Shown: one piece after another, positions 28,727 through 38,532 of the stretch
Position numbering within the stretch: the first letter of the stretch is position 1
Layout: every line of letters begins with the position of its first letter
Source of the DNA: Magnetococcales bacterium DC0425bin3
GTDB lineage: Bacteria; Pseudomonadota; Magnetococcia; Magnetococcales; DC0425bin3
NCBI GenBank assembly: GCA_002753665.1
Contig: PEAP01000002.1
Span: forward strand, 14,365-78,364
Reading direction: 5' to 3'
Length of the DNA stretch: 64,000 bases
Notes under the pieces: generated by a model
Told to the model about the DNA's origin: nothing
The model's input: the letters and a program-made list of their open reading frames with translations, nothing else
Database searches by the model: none
Position numbers and translations under genes: made by a program

Positions 28727-29361
28727 ACGGCCTCCCTCTCCCATTCCTCTGTCTGGCTGCTGTTCTGCTCTGCCTTGAAGACATCCACCTTCTGTGGATC
28801 GGCCCGGGTGGAGTTCTGTGGATCGGTCCGGGTGGAGAGCGTCTGGACGGATTCCTGGCCGTGGTTGCGATCCGCATTGAGGACCGCACCCGGATCCTGC
28901 AGCAGCTGGGGAGATGTCTGGCCGTCTTGCATGCCGGCGGTCGAAGAGCTTTCTTCCTTGAGATCGGTCATGCCTTTTTCGACGAATTCCAGGACCTCGA
29001 CCTTGCCCTCCTTGTCGTAGGCGATGGCCAGTTCGAAGGCGGCTCCGCCTGCGGCAAACTCCACCGGCGCGGCCAGAATTTCCCAGTAACCCAGGGTGGC
29101 CACATCCATCACCCCATGGAACAGGGCCCGGTTCACGCTCGGGTTGTTGCCCGACCGGTATTGGTAGATTTCCACCGACTTGCCGGCGAAGGTGCCGGAA
29201 CGGACCGGTGGGCCCAATTCCAGCTCGATTTCGCCCCGGGAGGCGCCCAGTTGCACCGCCATCATGTCGGGATCTCTTTTGCCATCCAGGGCCAACATCA
29301 CGGAGCATCCAGACAGGGTCAGGCCGCCGAGCAGACAGAGAAGAGGAGTCGATGTTTTCAT
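28684..29361 (-). CDS. Hypothetical lipoprotein
   Basis: Lipobox LSGC; internal 24-bp duplication (STRTDPQN/STRADPQK). Confidence 0.6.
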   Translation of the reverse strand: MKTSTPLLCLLGGLTLSGCSVMLALDGKRDPDMMAVQLGASRGEIELELGPPVRSGTFAGKSVEIYQYRSGNNPSVNRALFHGVMDVATLGYWEILAAPVEFAAGGAAFELAIAYDKEGKVEVLEFVEKGMTDLKEESSSTAGMQDGQTSPQLLQDPGAVLNADRNHGQESVQTLSTRTDPQNSTRADPQKVDVFKAEQNSSQTEEWEREAVQSAGPRRRHSRPQ

Positions 29362-29470
29362 GGGATCCATCCTGCTCCAGAGGGAAGTCTGGTGAGTATT
29401 ATTATAATAATAGACCAACGCCCCCCCGGTCACCAACCCCCCATCGCGCTGTCATGCTTCCATCATCCCC

Positions 29471-29698
29471 TTACCATCCCTTGACCGCTTCCAGCAGAAA
29501 AGCATCGCCGTCGGCCACCGGCCCGGACACCCGGTGGCCGTCCTCCCGCAGGGTCCGGGGGATGTTGCGCAGCGGCTCGTCTCCCCGCAGCCGGATAACC
29601 AGAACCTGACCCGCGAGCATGGTTTCCAGCGTGAGTTTGATCTTGACGAAGGTCATGGGACAGACCTCGCCGGTGATGTCGATTTCCGCATCGGCCAT
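29471..29698 (-). CDS. TusA/SirA-family sulfur carrier
   Basis: IDITGEVCPMTFVK, EPLRNIP; AAGGA RBS. Confidence 0.85.
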   Translation of the reverse strand: MADAEIDITGEVCPMTFVKIKLTLETMLAGQVLVIRLRGDEPLRNIPRTLREDGHRVSGPVADGDAFLLEAVKGW

Positions 29699-29761
29699 GG
29701 GATTGGTCCTTTGAAATAAATCGCAGAATGCCGGCACGACCATGCCGGTGAAGGATCGAAA

Positions 29762-31153
29762 TCAGCCCCCCTTCCAGACCTCCCGAATCGCCTTGCTTTT
29801 CTTTTGTAACTGTTTGGACAGATTCACCTTGCCGCTGTCCACGAACTTCTCGTGGTTGCGTTCGACATTGTCCACCTCGTACACATAGTTGACCATCACC
29901 CCGAACGAGGCGTCCCAGCGTTCCTTGGAACAGTCGCCCAGGGGGTTGATCCGCTCCAGATGGGCGCCGTTGGATAGATGGAACAGGGCCACCGGGTCGA
30001 AAACGGTTTTGCCCCGCCGCACCAGGGTCAGGTAGGCCAGGGCCAGGGTTTCCAGCACATCGGCCAGGTGGGTGCGGACCACCTCCGGCTTGTCCAACAG
30101 GGCGCGCAGGCCTTCCGCCGGATCCTTTTTGCCGCTCACCTCACGGATGGTGTCCTCGTGGTCGGCGAGCAGGGCGCGCAGGCGTTCCGGGGTGAAGGGC
30201 GCCTTGTCGTCGGTGCGTCGGAGGGTTTCGGCGAAGCCGGGCACGGGGGAGAAGGTGGCGAAATTCTTCAGGCCGGGCAACTCCTGCTTCAGGTCGGTGG
30301 TCACCTGCTTGATGAGAAAGTTGCCGAAGGAGATGCCCCGCAGACCGAACTGGCAGTTGTTGATGGAATAGAAGATGGCGCTGTCGGCCTGTTCTGGATC
30401 CAGAATTTCCGCCTTGCGGTTGAGCAGCAGGCCGGCATTATCGGGAATGCCCCGCATCAGGGCCACCTCGACGAAGATCAGCGGCTCGTCGGGCAGGGCA
30501 GGATGGAAGAAGGCGTAACAGCGCCGGTCCCGTTCCAGGCGACGGCGCAGATCCCGCCAGCCGTGGATGGCATGGACCGATTCGTAGTTGACCAGTTTCT
30601 CCAAAATCAGGGCCGGGCTGCTCCAGTCGATGTGCTTCAGCTCCAGAAAGCCCCGGTTGAACCAGGCCCGGAAGAGGTGTTGCAAATCGGCGTCCACCGA
30701 CTTCAAATGGGGCCGGTCCTTGAGGGTGCGCAGCAGATGCTCCCGCAGCCGCACCAGTTGGAGGGTCCCGTTGGGGGACAGATTGATGCGGCGGAACAGC
30801 TCCTGGCGGGGGGATTCCACCGACCGGGTCAACTGGATCAGGGTTTCCGGCCCCGGCTCCTTGCGGTAGGCTTCCACGGCCTCCATCACCCGTTTGGGGT
30901 TGGGTCCCATGTGTTCGTGGAGCATTTCCAGAAAACCGGGCCAGGCGTTGCCATGCATGGATTCCAGCACCCGCACCACTTCCCGGGCCAGGGCAGTGCC
31001 GCGGGCCTCACCGGCGCCGGTCAGCAGCTCCTCGCACAGTTGGCGCAATTCCTTGGAAGACGGCGCTGAACCGTTGATATTGAGGAGATCCCGTCCCTTG
31101 TCGGCGACGGAATGAATCATGCGGTTCCACCAGGGCCGGTTCATCGGTGACAA
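29762..31153 (-). CDS. Malonyl-CoA decarboxylase
   Basis: WFNRGFL, YESVH, DRRCYAFFHP, FYSINNCQ.GLRGISFGNFLIKQV, FHLSNGA, MVNY. Confidence 0.92.
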   Translation of the reverse strand: MSPMNRPWWNRMIHSVADKGRDLLNINGSAPSSKELRQLCEELLTGAGEARGTALAREVVRVLESMHGNAWPGFLEMLHEHMGPNPKRVMEAVEAYRKEPGPETLIQLTRSVESPRQELFRRINLSPNGTLQLVRLREHLLRTLKDRPHLKSVDADLQHLFRAWFNRGFLELKHIDWSSPALILEKLVNYESVHAIHGWRDLRRRLERDRRCYAFFHPALPDEPLIFVEVALMRGIPDNAGLLLNRKAEILDPEQADSAIFYSINNCQFGLRGISFGNFLIKQVTTDLKQELPGLKNFATFSPVPGFAETLRRTDDKAPFTPERLRALLADHEDTIREVSGKKDPAEGLRALLDKPEVVRTHLADVLETLALAYLTLVRRGKTVFDPVALFHLSNGAHLERINPLGDCSKERWDASFGVMVNYVYEVDNVERNHEKFVDSGKVNLSKQLQKKSKAIREVWKGG

Positions 31154-31380
31154 TGCCTCCGCTGTGGTTGCAATCAGCCCCCTCTGGGCTCACCCTGGCT
31201 TATCGTCCGGATGGTCCGGCGTCTTGAACCGAAACCGGGTGGTCGCGATCGACGTCGGAAGTCTGGGGCAAATGGTCCCGAAATTGCCAGTATTCTGGAG
31301 CATCCGACCGTGGGACCGCACCCCCGTGCGGTTCTGCCCTGGCGGATGTCGTATACCAGCAGGACAGAGGAGAACAGGTC

Positions 31381-31707
31381 ATGTCGGATTCCAACCGCTT
31401 GAACCGGATCGAAGTCGGCCTGCAGCAGGCCATCGGCTTGACCGACCTGATCCGGCTGGCCACCCGTCCCGGCCAGGAAGGCCACATCGACCTCGATTCG
31501 GTGAACAGGGCGGCGGAGCTGCTGAAGAACCACCTGAACGATGTGCGGGAGCTGGCCTCCGGCCAGACCGGGGAGCAGGATCCCCGCTCGGCGATGCGCC
31601 ACGTCCTGGCGGTCATGCTGGAAGGGCAGCCGGACGACCTCAAGACCCGGTTCCACCAGCTGGTGGTGGAGATGCAGCGCAACCGGCGGCAACAGGATGG
31701 GGCATGA
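31381..31707 (+). CDS. Hypothetical helical protein
   Basis: GAGGAG RBS; high-GC3 codon pattern. Confidence 0.6.
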   Translation: MSDSNRLNRIEVGLQQAIGLTDLIRLATRPGQEGHIDLDSVNRAAELLKNHLNDVRELASGQTGEQDPRSAMRHVLAVMLEGQPDDLKTRFHQLVVEMQRNRRQQDGA

Positions 31708-31765
31708 AGGGCAGCCGCCCCGGTCGCCTTGCATTCCTGCGTCGGCGGCCGGCCTGGAGCAGGCT

Positions 31766-32821
31766 ATGGAACGGGACCCGCGTCTGATTCTGACCACCTG
31801 CGGTCGCCGGTTGCTGGGAGAACCGGGCGCCGCCGGGGACGATCATCCCACCCATCGGGCCGGCCTGGAGCTGCTGGCTGGCGCCGTGGAGGAGCGGCTG
31901 CTGGCGGCCGGTCCGGGCGAGGCCGCCGGGCTCAGTCCGGAGCTGAACGCCCTGCTGGCCCTCAACGGGGGCGTCATGGGCGATGGGGGGGATTTCCATG
32001 TACTGGTGCATTCCGACGCCCGCGCCGATGCCCTGGCCGCCCGCCTGATCGGCGGCTGGCTGCGCGGTCGGGGGCAGGGGGTGGTGATCCACGCCATGCC
32101 CGGTCTGCGCAGCGGGGAAGCGGTGGCCCTCCAGAGGGGCCTGGCCGATTTTACCCGCTGGTGCGGGGAAATCCTGGCCCGCTACCGTCTGCACCAGTTC
32201 CATGTGATCTTCAACCCCGCCGGAGGCTCGCCGGTACTGGGGGGCATGCTCCAGACCCTGGCGCCATTCTATGCCGACGAGGCCATCTTTCTGCTGGAAC
32301 CGGGCACCGAGCTGGCCCGCCTGGTGATGCCGCGGGTGCGGTTGCGGGACAAGAAGGTGTTCACCAGGCATTTCTTCTGCCTGCGGCGTCTGGCGGCGGG
32401 CTTGCCGATCACCCCGGAGAAGCTGTCGGGGCTGGACCCGGACCTGCTGTTGTTCGACGAACGCGGCATCGGCCTGTCCTATCTGGGCGAGCTGCTGTGG
32501 GACGCCCACCACCGGGAATTCTACGGCGACCGCCTGTTGGATCCCGTCTCGGACCTGCTGATCCTGGCCGATCCGTTCCGGGATGCGGTGGTGGGCCTGC
32601 AACGGGACCGTCTGGAGCTGCTCAACGAACGCCTGGACCAGTTGGCTCTGTTCCTGGAGGGGGAGCGCAGCAATCCGGCCCAGTTGAGCTTTCGCGCCAT
32701 GGCCGACCCCCGGCTGCCGGCCACCCATCAGTGTCACGGCTGGACCGACCAGGCCATCTGGCACCTGGTGGGCCATTACGAGGGGGACCGGTTTGTCCTG
32801 GACAGTCTGGAAAAAAGCTGA
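31766..32821 (+). CDS. APE2256/Cami1-like CARF-wHTH-RelE protein with degenerate motifs
   Basis: LILTTCG, SPELNAL, LVHSD, VIFNPAGG, LQTL..FYADE.IFLLE; RelE-like tail THQCHGWTD..WHLVGHYEGDRFVLD. Confidence 0.7.
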   Translation: MERDPRLILTTCGRRLLGEPGAAGDDHPTHRAGLELLAGAVEERLLAAGPGEAAGLSPELNALLALNGGVMGDGGDFHVLVHSDARADALAARLIGGWLRGRGQGVVIHAMPGLRSGEAVALQRGLADFTRWCGEILARYRLHQFHVIFNPAGGSPVLGGMLQTLAPFYADEAIFLLEPGTELARLVMPRVRLRDKKVFTRHFFCLRRLAAGLPITPEKLSGLDPDLLLFDERGIGLSYLGELLWDAHHREFYGDRLLDPVSDLLILADPFRDAVVGLQRDRLELLNERLDQLALFLEGERSNPAQLSFRAMADPRLPATHQCHGWTDQAIWHLVGHYEGDRFVLDSLEKS

Positions 32822-32848
32822 GCAAAGCGCCCCTTCAGGAGAAGACCC

Positions 32849-33460
32849 ATGAACAACGACTACACCGGCATTCACCATGCGGCTTTCGCCACCCGGGACA
32901 TCACCCGCACCGTGCATTTCTGGCGCGATCTGCTGGGCCTGCGGCTGGTGTACAGCTATGGCCGTCCCGGCTACCGGCAATATTTTTTTCAGATATCCGG
33001 CAGCAACCGCATCTCGTTCTTCGAATGGCCCGAGGTGGAGGGGATTCCCTATCGGCGCCATGGCGAGCCGGTGAAGGGACCCCTGGTGTTCGATCACATC
33101 GCCATTGGCGTGGTGGATGTGAAACGGCTGTGGGAGATCATGGCCCGTCTGGACGCGGCGGGGTTTCCGGTGTCCGACATGGTGGACCACGGGGCCTTTC
33201 TTTCGATCTACAGCTACGATCCCAACGGCATTCCCATCGAGTTCAGCTGCGACGCCGAAGGAACCAACCTCTGGGACGATCCGGTGATCCGGGACCAGTC
33301 CGCGCCGGCCTGGGATCTGGGCATACCGGAACCCCGTCCCGGACTGTGGCCCAAGGCCGACCCCATTGCCGAGGAAGACCGGGTGATCGTGCCGGGGGAG
33401 GGCAAGGAATATTTTCCCCGGTCGTGGCCCGTCGGTCCGGACCAGCAGCAGGATGACTGA
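32849..33460 (+). CDS. VOC/glyoxalase family protein
   Basis: GIHHAAF, FWRDLLGL, FDHIAI, SIYSYDPNGIPIEF. Confidence 0.88.
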   Translation: MNNDYTGIHHAAFATRDITRTVHFWRDLLGLRLVYSYGRPGYRQYFFQISGSNRISFFEWPEVEGIPYRRHGEPVKGPLVFDHIAIGVVDVKRLWEIMARLDAAGFPVSDMVDHGAFLSIYSYDPNGIPIEFSCDAEGTNLWDDPVIRDQSAPAWDLGIPEPRPGLWPKADPIAEEDRVIVPGEGKEYFPRSWPVGPDQQQDD

Positions 33461-35278
33461 TCAGCCCAGCCAATGTTCCCCCCAGCGGTTCACCAGGTCG
33501 AGGACCCCGATGCGCTGCTCCCGGTTGGGAACCCCCGGGGCCACCAGCCGCTGCCAGGACCGGTCCCAATAGCCCCGGGTGACCCAGGGTCCCCGGGCGA
33601 TCCGTTCCAGGGCCTTCCGCTGGTCCGCGTCCGCCCCGCCCCGCAGGCTGAAACCCTGTTTGGGCCGGCTCAACAGGCGCTCCGGCACCCGCCGGTGCAG
33701 ATAATCCCGCAGCAGGGGTTTGCCGATCGTCTCCTCCCGGGGATCCGGGGGGCGGGACAGTGCCCATTCCAGCACCCGGTGGTCGAGCAACGGCACCCGC
33801 ACCTCCAGGGCATGGGCCATGCTGGTCCGGTCCACCTTGGCCAGGACATGGTCGCTGCAGAAATGCATCAGGTCCACCCGCTGCAGGGCCCGGCCCAGGG
33901 GCAGGCGGGGTTCCAGATGGCGGGTCAGGGGGGCGAAGGCCCGCTGGTCGTCGTAGTGGACCCCCAGGGGGGCCAGCAGGGCCTCGATCTCCTCGGGCAG
34001 AAAGCGCTGGAACAGCCGCCAGGCATGGCGGTGCAGAGGGGAACTCCAGGCGAAGCGTCGCACCGCCTCCCGTCGCACCAGGGGCGGAGCGAAGCGCCGC
34101 ACCAGGGGCCGCAGGATCCGGCGCAGGGCGGGGGACCGGCCCCCGGTGGGTTGGTTCAGGTTGCGGTAGCGCAGATAGCCGCTGAAGGCCTCGTCCCCGC
34201 CGTCTCCGGAGAGGACCACCTTGTAATGGCGGGACGCCGCCTGGCAAATCCGGTACTGGGAGAGGAGGGCGGAAAAGGCCTGGGGTTCGTCCAGGGCCGG
34301 GATCAGCCGCTCCAGCTCGGCGTCGATGTCGGCGGGGAGCAGGGCGATGGCGCGGTGGGGCAGGCCCAGGAACGCGGCCGTCTCCCGGGCCATGGCGGTC
34401 TCGTCCCCGGCCTGGCCCGGATAGCCCAGGGTGAGCGCCTCCGGGGTCTGCCCCGCCTGCCCGAGGGCCACGGCCACCGCGGTGGAATCCAAGCCTCCCG
34501 ACAGGAACAGCCCCATGGGCACGTCGGACAGCAGATGGTCGGCCACCACCTGCTGGAACAGCGCCTCCCAGGCGGCCAGGGGGTTGGATCCGCCGTGGTC
34601 CAGCTCCCGGGGGGGTTCCCAATAGCGGCGGATCCGCAGCCCTTCCCCCCGCTGCCAGAGCAGCAGATGGCCCGGTTCCAGCTTGCGGATGCCCTGCCAG
34701 ATCGACCAGGGGGCCGGCACCGCGCCATAGAACAGCAGGTGGGCCAGGGCTTCCGGGTCCGGGTCCGGGCGCTCCGACAGCAGGGGCAGCAGGGCGGTGA
34801 TCTCCGAGGCCAGCGTGATCCCTTCACCGCCCACGGCGTAACAGAGAGGTTTGATGCCCACCCGGTCCCGGGCGGCCAGCAGCCGGCCCCGGGGGTTGTC
34901 CCAGAGGATGAAGGCGAACATCCCCACCAGACGCTCCAGGCAGTCTTCCCCCCAGGTCTCGTAGGCGTGGAGGATCACCTCGTTGTCGCTGCGGGAGGTG
35001 AAGCGATGCCCCCGTTCCTCCAGTTGCCGGCGCAGGGCGGGGGCGTTGTAGATTTCGCCGTTGCCGACCAGGTGGATGGTGCCGGTCTCGTTGCCGAAGG
35101 GCTGGTTGCCCGAGGGGGACAGATCGACGATGGCCAGCCGTCGATGGCCCAGCCAGACCGGAGGATCGGCCTGTTCCCAGTGTCCTCCGTGATCGGGACC
35201 CCGATGGACCAGGGCCGCCAGGGCCGCCTGCCGTTGTCCATCGGAGCCGACGCCCATCTGTCCCACGATGCCGCACAT
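33461..35278 (-). CDS. asnB: Asparagine synthase (glutamine-hydrolysing)-like amidotransferase
   Basis: MCGI start, HRGPD, HRRLAIVD, NGEIYN, LSGGLDS, SGDGGDE, KVDRTSM..LEVRVP. Confidence 0.92.
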   Translation of the reverse strand: MCGIVGQMGVGSDGQRQAALAALVHRGPDHGGHWEQADPPVWLGHRRLAIVDLSPSGNQPFGNETGTIHLVGNGEIYNAPALRRQLEERGHRFTSRSDNEVILHAYETWGEDCLERLVGMFAFILWDNPRGRLLAARDRVGIKPLCYAVGGEGITLASEITALLPLLSERPDPDPEALAHLLFYGAVPAPWSIWQGIRKLEPGHLLLWQRGEGLRIRRYWEPPRELDHGGSNPLAAWEALFQQVVADHLLSDVPMGLFLSGGLDSTAVAVALGQAGQTPEALTLGYPGQAGDETAMARETAAFLGLPHRAIALLPADIDAELERLIPALDEPQAFSALLSQYRICQAASRHYKVVLSGDGGDEAFSGYLRYRNLNQPTGGRSPALRRILRPLVRRFAPPLVRREAVRRFAWSSPLHRHAWRLFQRFLPEEIEALLAPLGVHYDDQRAFAPLTRHLEPRLPLGRALQRVDLMHFCSDHVLAKVDRTSMAHALEVRVPLLDHRVLEWALSRPPDPREETIGKPLLRDYLHRRVPERLLSRPKQGFSLRGGADADQRKALERIARGPWVTRGYWDRSWQRLVAPGVPNREQRIGVLDLVNRWGEHWLG

Positions 35279-35351
35279 GTCCGCTCCTTGCCTCTTTACC
35301 AGAGCGTTGGAAAAGCCATCCATGCATACCCGCCCGTTCATCAACGGGCTG

Positions 35352-36476
35352 TTACCCCCTCCCGGCCACTTCCCGGAACAGGGCCTCGTAGCGCAGGGTG
35401 ATCTTTTCCTGGGCGAAGTTGTCCAGAATCCGCTGCCGGCCCCGCTCTCCCACCGCCAGGATGCCGTCCGGGGGACCCTCCACCAGGGCCGTCAGGGTGG
35501 CGCGGATTCCTTTCGCCGACAGGTGGGGGAAATAGAGGGCCTCCTCCCCCAGCACCTCCCGGTTGCCGGCGATGTCGCTGGCCAGCACCACCATGCCGGC
35601 CAGTTGGGCCTCCATGAGGCTGACGGGAAAATTCTCCCGTTCGCTGGGAAAGACAAAATACCGGCAGCGCTCGTAGAGGGAGGTCCACAGCGCGGAGCGG
35701 TTGGCCACCCAGCCGTGGAAGCGGATGCTGTGCCACGGCATCAGTCCCGCCAGCCGGCGCAGCTCCGGCCCCATGGGGCCTTCGCCGATGACATGCAGGG
35801 TCTGGGGGCGGGAGATGCCCGCCAGGGCCTGGAAGAACACCTGAAATTTTTTGCGCTCGATGAGCCGGGAGCTGATCAGAAAGGCCTCCTCCCGGGGCTG
35901 ACGCCCGAAGATGTCGGTCTCGATGCCGTAGGGCAGCACCCGCACCGCCGCCCCGGGGCGACGGCGCAGAATCAACCCCTTGAGATAATGGGAGGGGGTG
36001 ACCAGGGCCTGGAAATGAGCCACGGCCCCCTGCCACACCGGTCGCAACAACCGGTGGGCCAGGCGGAAATTGTTGGGATTGTAGCCGGGCACATCGGACC
36101 CGTGGCTGGTGACCACCGTGGGGAGTCCCGCCGACCGGCCGGCCCGCAGGGCGATGAGGCCATCGGGGATGATGGCATGGGCATGGATCACGTCGAAGGT
36201 TACCCGCTTCATCAGCTCCGCCACCACCGGCCGGGCGTTCCAGACGAAGCGGGACATTTCCATCAGGTAGCTGCTGTCGGCCTGCCGCCGTCCACAGGGG
36301 ACGCGGTGAATATGAACCCCGGAACAGGTTTCGCCACGGGGCAGTTGGCCATACTGCATGGTGACCACATGCACGGCGTGGCCATTGGCGGCCTGGCCCC
36401 TGGCCAGGGCCCAGGCCACACTGCCCGCACCGCCGCCGATGGGGGGGATTTCACGGGTGACCACCAGTATGTTCAT
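35352..36476 (-). CDS. Glycosyltransferase family 4
   Basis: PPIGGGAG, HGSDV, ENFPVSLMEA. Confidence 0.9.
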   Translation of the reverse strand: MNILVVTREIPPIGGGAGSVAWALARGQAANGHAVHVVTMQYGQLPRGETCSGVHIHRVPCGRRQADSSYLMEMSRFVWNARPVVAELMKRVTFDVIHAHAIIPDGLIALRAGRSAGLPTVVTSHGSDVPGYNPNNFRLAHRLLRPVWQGAVAHFQALVTPSHYLKGLILRRRPGAAVRVLPYGIETDIFGRQPREEAFLISSRLIERKKFQVFFQALAGISRPQTLHVIGEGPMGPELRRLAGLMPWHSIRFHGWVANRSALWTSLYERCRYFVFPSERENFPVSLMEAQLAGMVVLASDIAGNREVLGEEALYFPHLSAKGIRATLTALVEGPPDGILAVGERGRQRILDNFAQEKITLRYEALFREVAGRG

Positions 36477-36601
36477 GCAACGGGCCGGCTTTGCGAGGCT
36501 GGAGATTGACGATCCACAATACCGTCAATTCTTCCCCCTCGCAAACCGTCCCCGCCGGACGAGCGGCACGACCCACTCATCGCAGCGGCAAAGTCCATCT
36601 G

Positions 36602-37615
36602 TCATCTGCTCGAACCGTTTTCTGCAGGGGATTCGCTTTCCCGATGACGATTCGGTGCGCCGGTCGGCAACACCAGCAGACCAGCCAGCAGGGACTGCAG
36701 CAGGTGGATGGCATAGATTCCCAGCGAGACCAACAGGATCTGCTCGGTGGTGGCCCCGCTCCCACTCCAGAAGAACAGGGCCGCCGCCTCGGACAGCCCC
36801 CGGCCGTGGACGGTGATCGGCAGGACGATGGCCACCATGATGGCCGACACCCCCACCAGCCAGGCGGCCAGGGGCAGATGCAGCCCCATGGCCTCACCCA
36901 CCAGCCGAAAGACCCAGCAACTCCAGACCACGAACAGCAGGGCAATGAACCAGGAGACGAGCAGCACCCGGGGATGATCGGCCAACTCCGCCAGGGCCGC
37001 CAGCAGGCGCCGACCATGGCTCGCCAAGCGGGCGGCGCGGCCGCCGTCCGACCGGGCCAGGCGGGCCACGCCCCGTTCCCCCAGGCGCCGGGCCAGCCAG
37101 AGCAGCAGTCCCAGGCCGACCAGTCCGGCCAGGGCCGTGAGGACCACCAGGGGATGGCCGACGCGCCCTTCGCCCCCGGCCAGCAGGGCCCCCATCCCCA
37201 GGACCATCAGGTTGGCCGCCAGGCCCTGGATGCGCATGGCCAGAAGGGAGGCCGCCACATGATGACGCTCGGCGGCGGGAAAGACTGCCAGGCGATAGAG
37301 ATCGCTGCCCACCCGTCCCGGAGTGAAGACATCGAAAAAGGTGGCCTTCAGGTGCAGCAGTTGCACCCAGGCCAGGGCGCGCGGGCGGCCGTCTCCCCCC
37401 AGCAGAACCCCCCAGCGCCAGCCCTGGAGCAACATCGCCCCCCACTGACAGAGAAATGCCGTGCCCAGCAGACCGGCATCGGCCTGGCGCAGGGTTGCCC
37501 ACAGCCGGGGCCAATTCACGGTGGCGAAGATCGCCCCCAGCAGCAGCACCGCCACCCCCAGGGGCAGAAGGCGCGTCCAGGTTCTGCGTCCGGAAGGCGG
37601 CTCGGGGGCGGGCAT
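36602..37615 (-). CDS. UPF0104/LPG-synthase TM-domain flippase-like protein
   Basis: RWGVLL, TPGRVGSD, LPITVHGRGLSE; multiple TM segments. Confidence 0.8.
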   Translation of the reverse strand: MPAPEPPSGRRTWTRLLPLGVAVLLLGAIFATVNWPRLWATLRQADAGLLGTAFLCQWGAMLLQGWRWGVLLGGDGRPRALAWVQLLHLKATFFDVFTPGRVGSDLYRLAVFPAAERHHVAASLLAMRIQGLAANLMVLGMGALLAGGEGRVGHPLVVLTALAGLVGLGLLLWLARRLGERGVARLARSDGGRAARLASHGRRLLAALAELADHPRVLLVSWFIALLFVVWSCWVFRLVGEAMGLHLPLAAWLVGVSAIMVAIVLPITVHGRGLSEAAALFFWSGSGATTEQILLVSLGIYAIHLLQSLLAGLLVLPTGAPNRHRESESPAENGSSR

Positions 37616-37620
37616 GGGAT

Positions 37621-38532
37621 TCACCCCTGGTCCCGGCCCTTGAACTCCACGATCAGGTGGGCCAGCACCCCGAAGAACAGGGTCTGGATGCCGAACAGGA
37701 ACAACCCCAGCACCAGATTGACATGGCGGATGGGCTTGGCCGACTCTTCCAGCAGCCACTGCATGAATTCCCAGCAGAACAGTCCCAGCCCTGCCACCAG
37801 AAACAACAGCCCCAGGGGACCGAAGATCTTCAGGGGGCGCACCGCCACCAGCACCATGAAGATCTGGGGCAGCACCTTGACGGGATATTTCAGGGAGATG
37901 AACGACCGGCCCGTGGTGCGCCGGCGGAAGGAAACCGGCACATGGGCGAAGCGCATGCCCTTGCGATAGGCATCCACCAGCACCTGCTGAGTATAGTTGT
38001 AGTCGCCCGGCAGGTAGAACACCTCCAGATAGGATCGGTTGACGGCGAAGATGCCCGGCTGGCCGTCCTTCACCGGCCAGCCGGTGAGCCAGCTCACCAG
38101 GCCGGTGAACACCCGGTTGCCCCAGCGGCGGATGAGGGGCATGCGGTACTCGATGCGGTCGAAGCGCTGGCCGTAGACCACGTCGGCCTCGTCATCCAGC
38201 AGGGGTTGGATCAGGGCGGGCAGGTCGTGGGGATCATGCTGGAGGTCGGCATCGAACTTGATGGCGATGGCGGCGCCGTCGGCCCGGGCGCCGTTGAGGC
38301 CGGTACGCACTGCCGCCCCCAGGCCACGGTTGACCCGGTGGCGCAGCACCCGGTCCGCCCCGGCGGCCTCGGCCTGTTGGCGGGTGTCGTCCCGGGAGCC
38401 GTCATCCACCACATAGACGCGCAGTTCCCGCCCGGCCTCCCGGAACAGGGGTTTCATCTCCGCCAGGGCGGTGACCGTGCGGGCGATGATTTCGCCTTCG
38501 TTGAAGGCCGGAATGATGACGATGACCTTCAT
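37621..38532 (-). CDS. Glycosyltransferase family 2 (DPM1-like)
   Basis: IPAFNEG, VVDDGSRD, NRGLG, DADLQH; two C-terminal TMs. Confidence 0.92.
   Translation of the reverse strand: MKVIVIIPAFNEGEIIARTVTALAEMKPLFREAGRELRVYVVDDGSRDDTRQQAEAAGADRVLRHRVNRGLGAAVRTGLNGARADGAAIAIKFDADLQHDPHDLPALIQPLLDDEADVVYGQRFDRIEYRMPLIRRWGNRVFTGLVSWLTGWPVKDGQPGIFAVNRSYLEVFYLPGDYNYTQQVLVDAYRKGMRFAHVPVSFRRRTTGRSFISLKYPVKVLPQIFMVLVAVRPLKIFGPLGLLFLVAGLGLFCWEFMQWLLEESAKPIRHVNLVLGLFLFGIQTLFFGVLAHLIVEFKGRDQG

Noticed and set aside
28790-28838. 24-bp direct repeat (2 copies)
   Set aside because: In-frame duplication in a low-complexity protein tail; no further structure.
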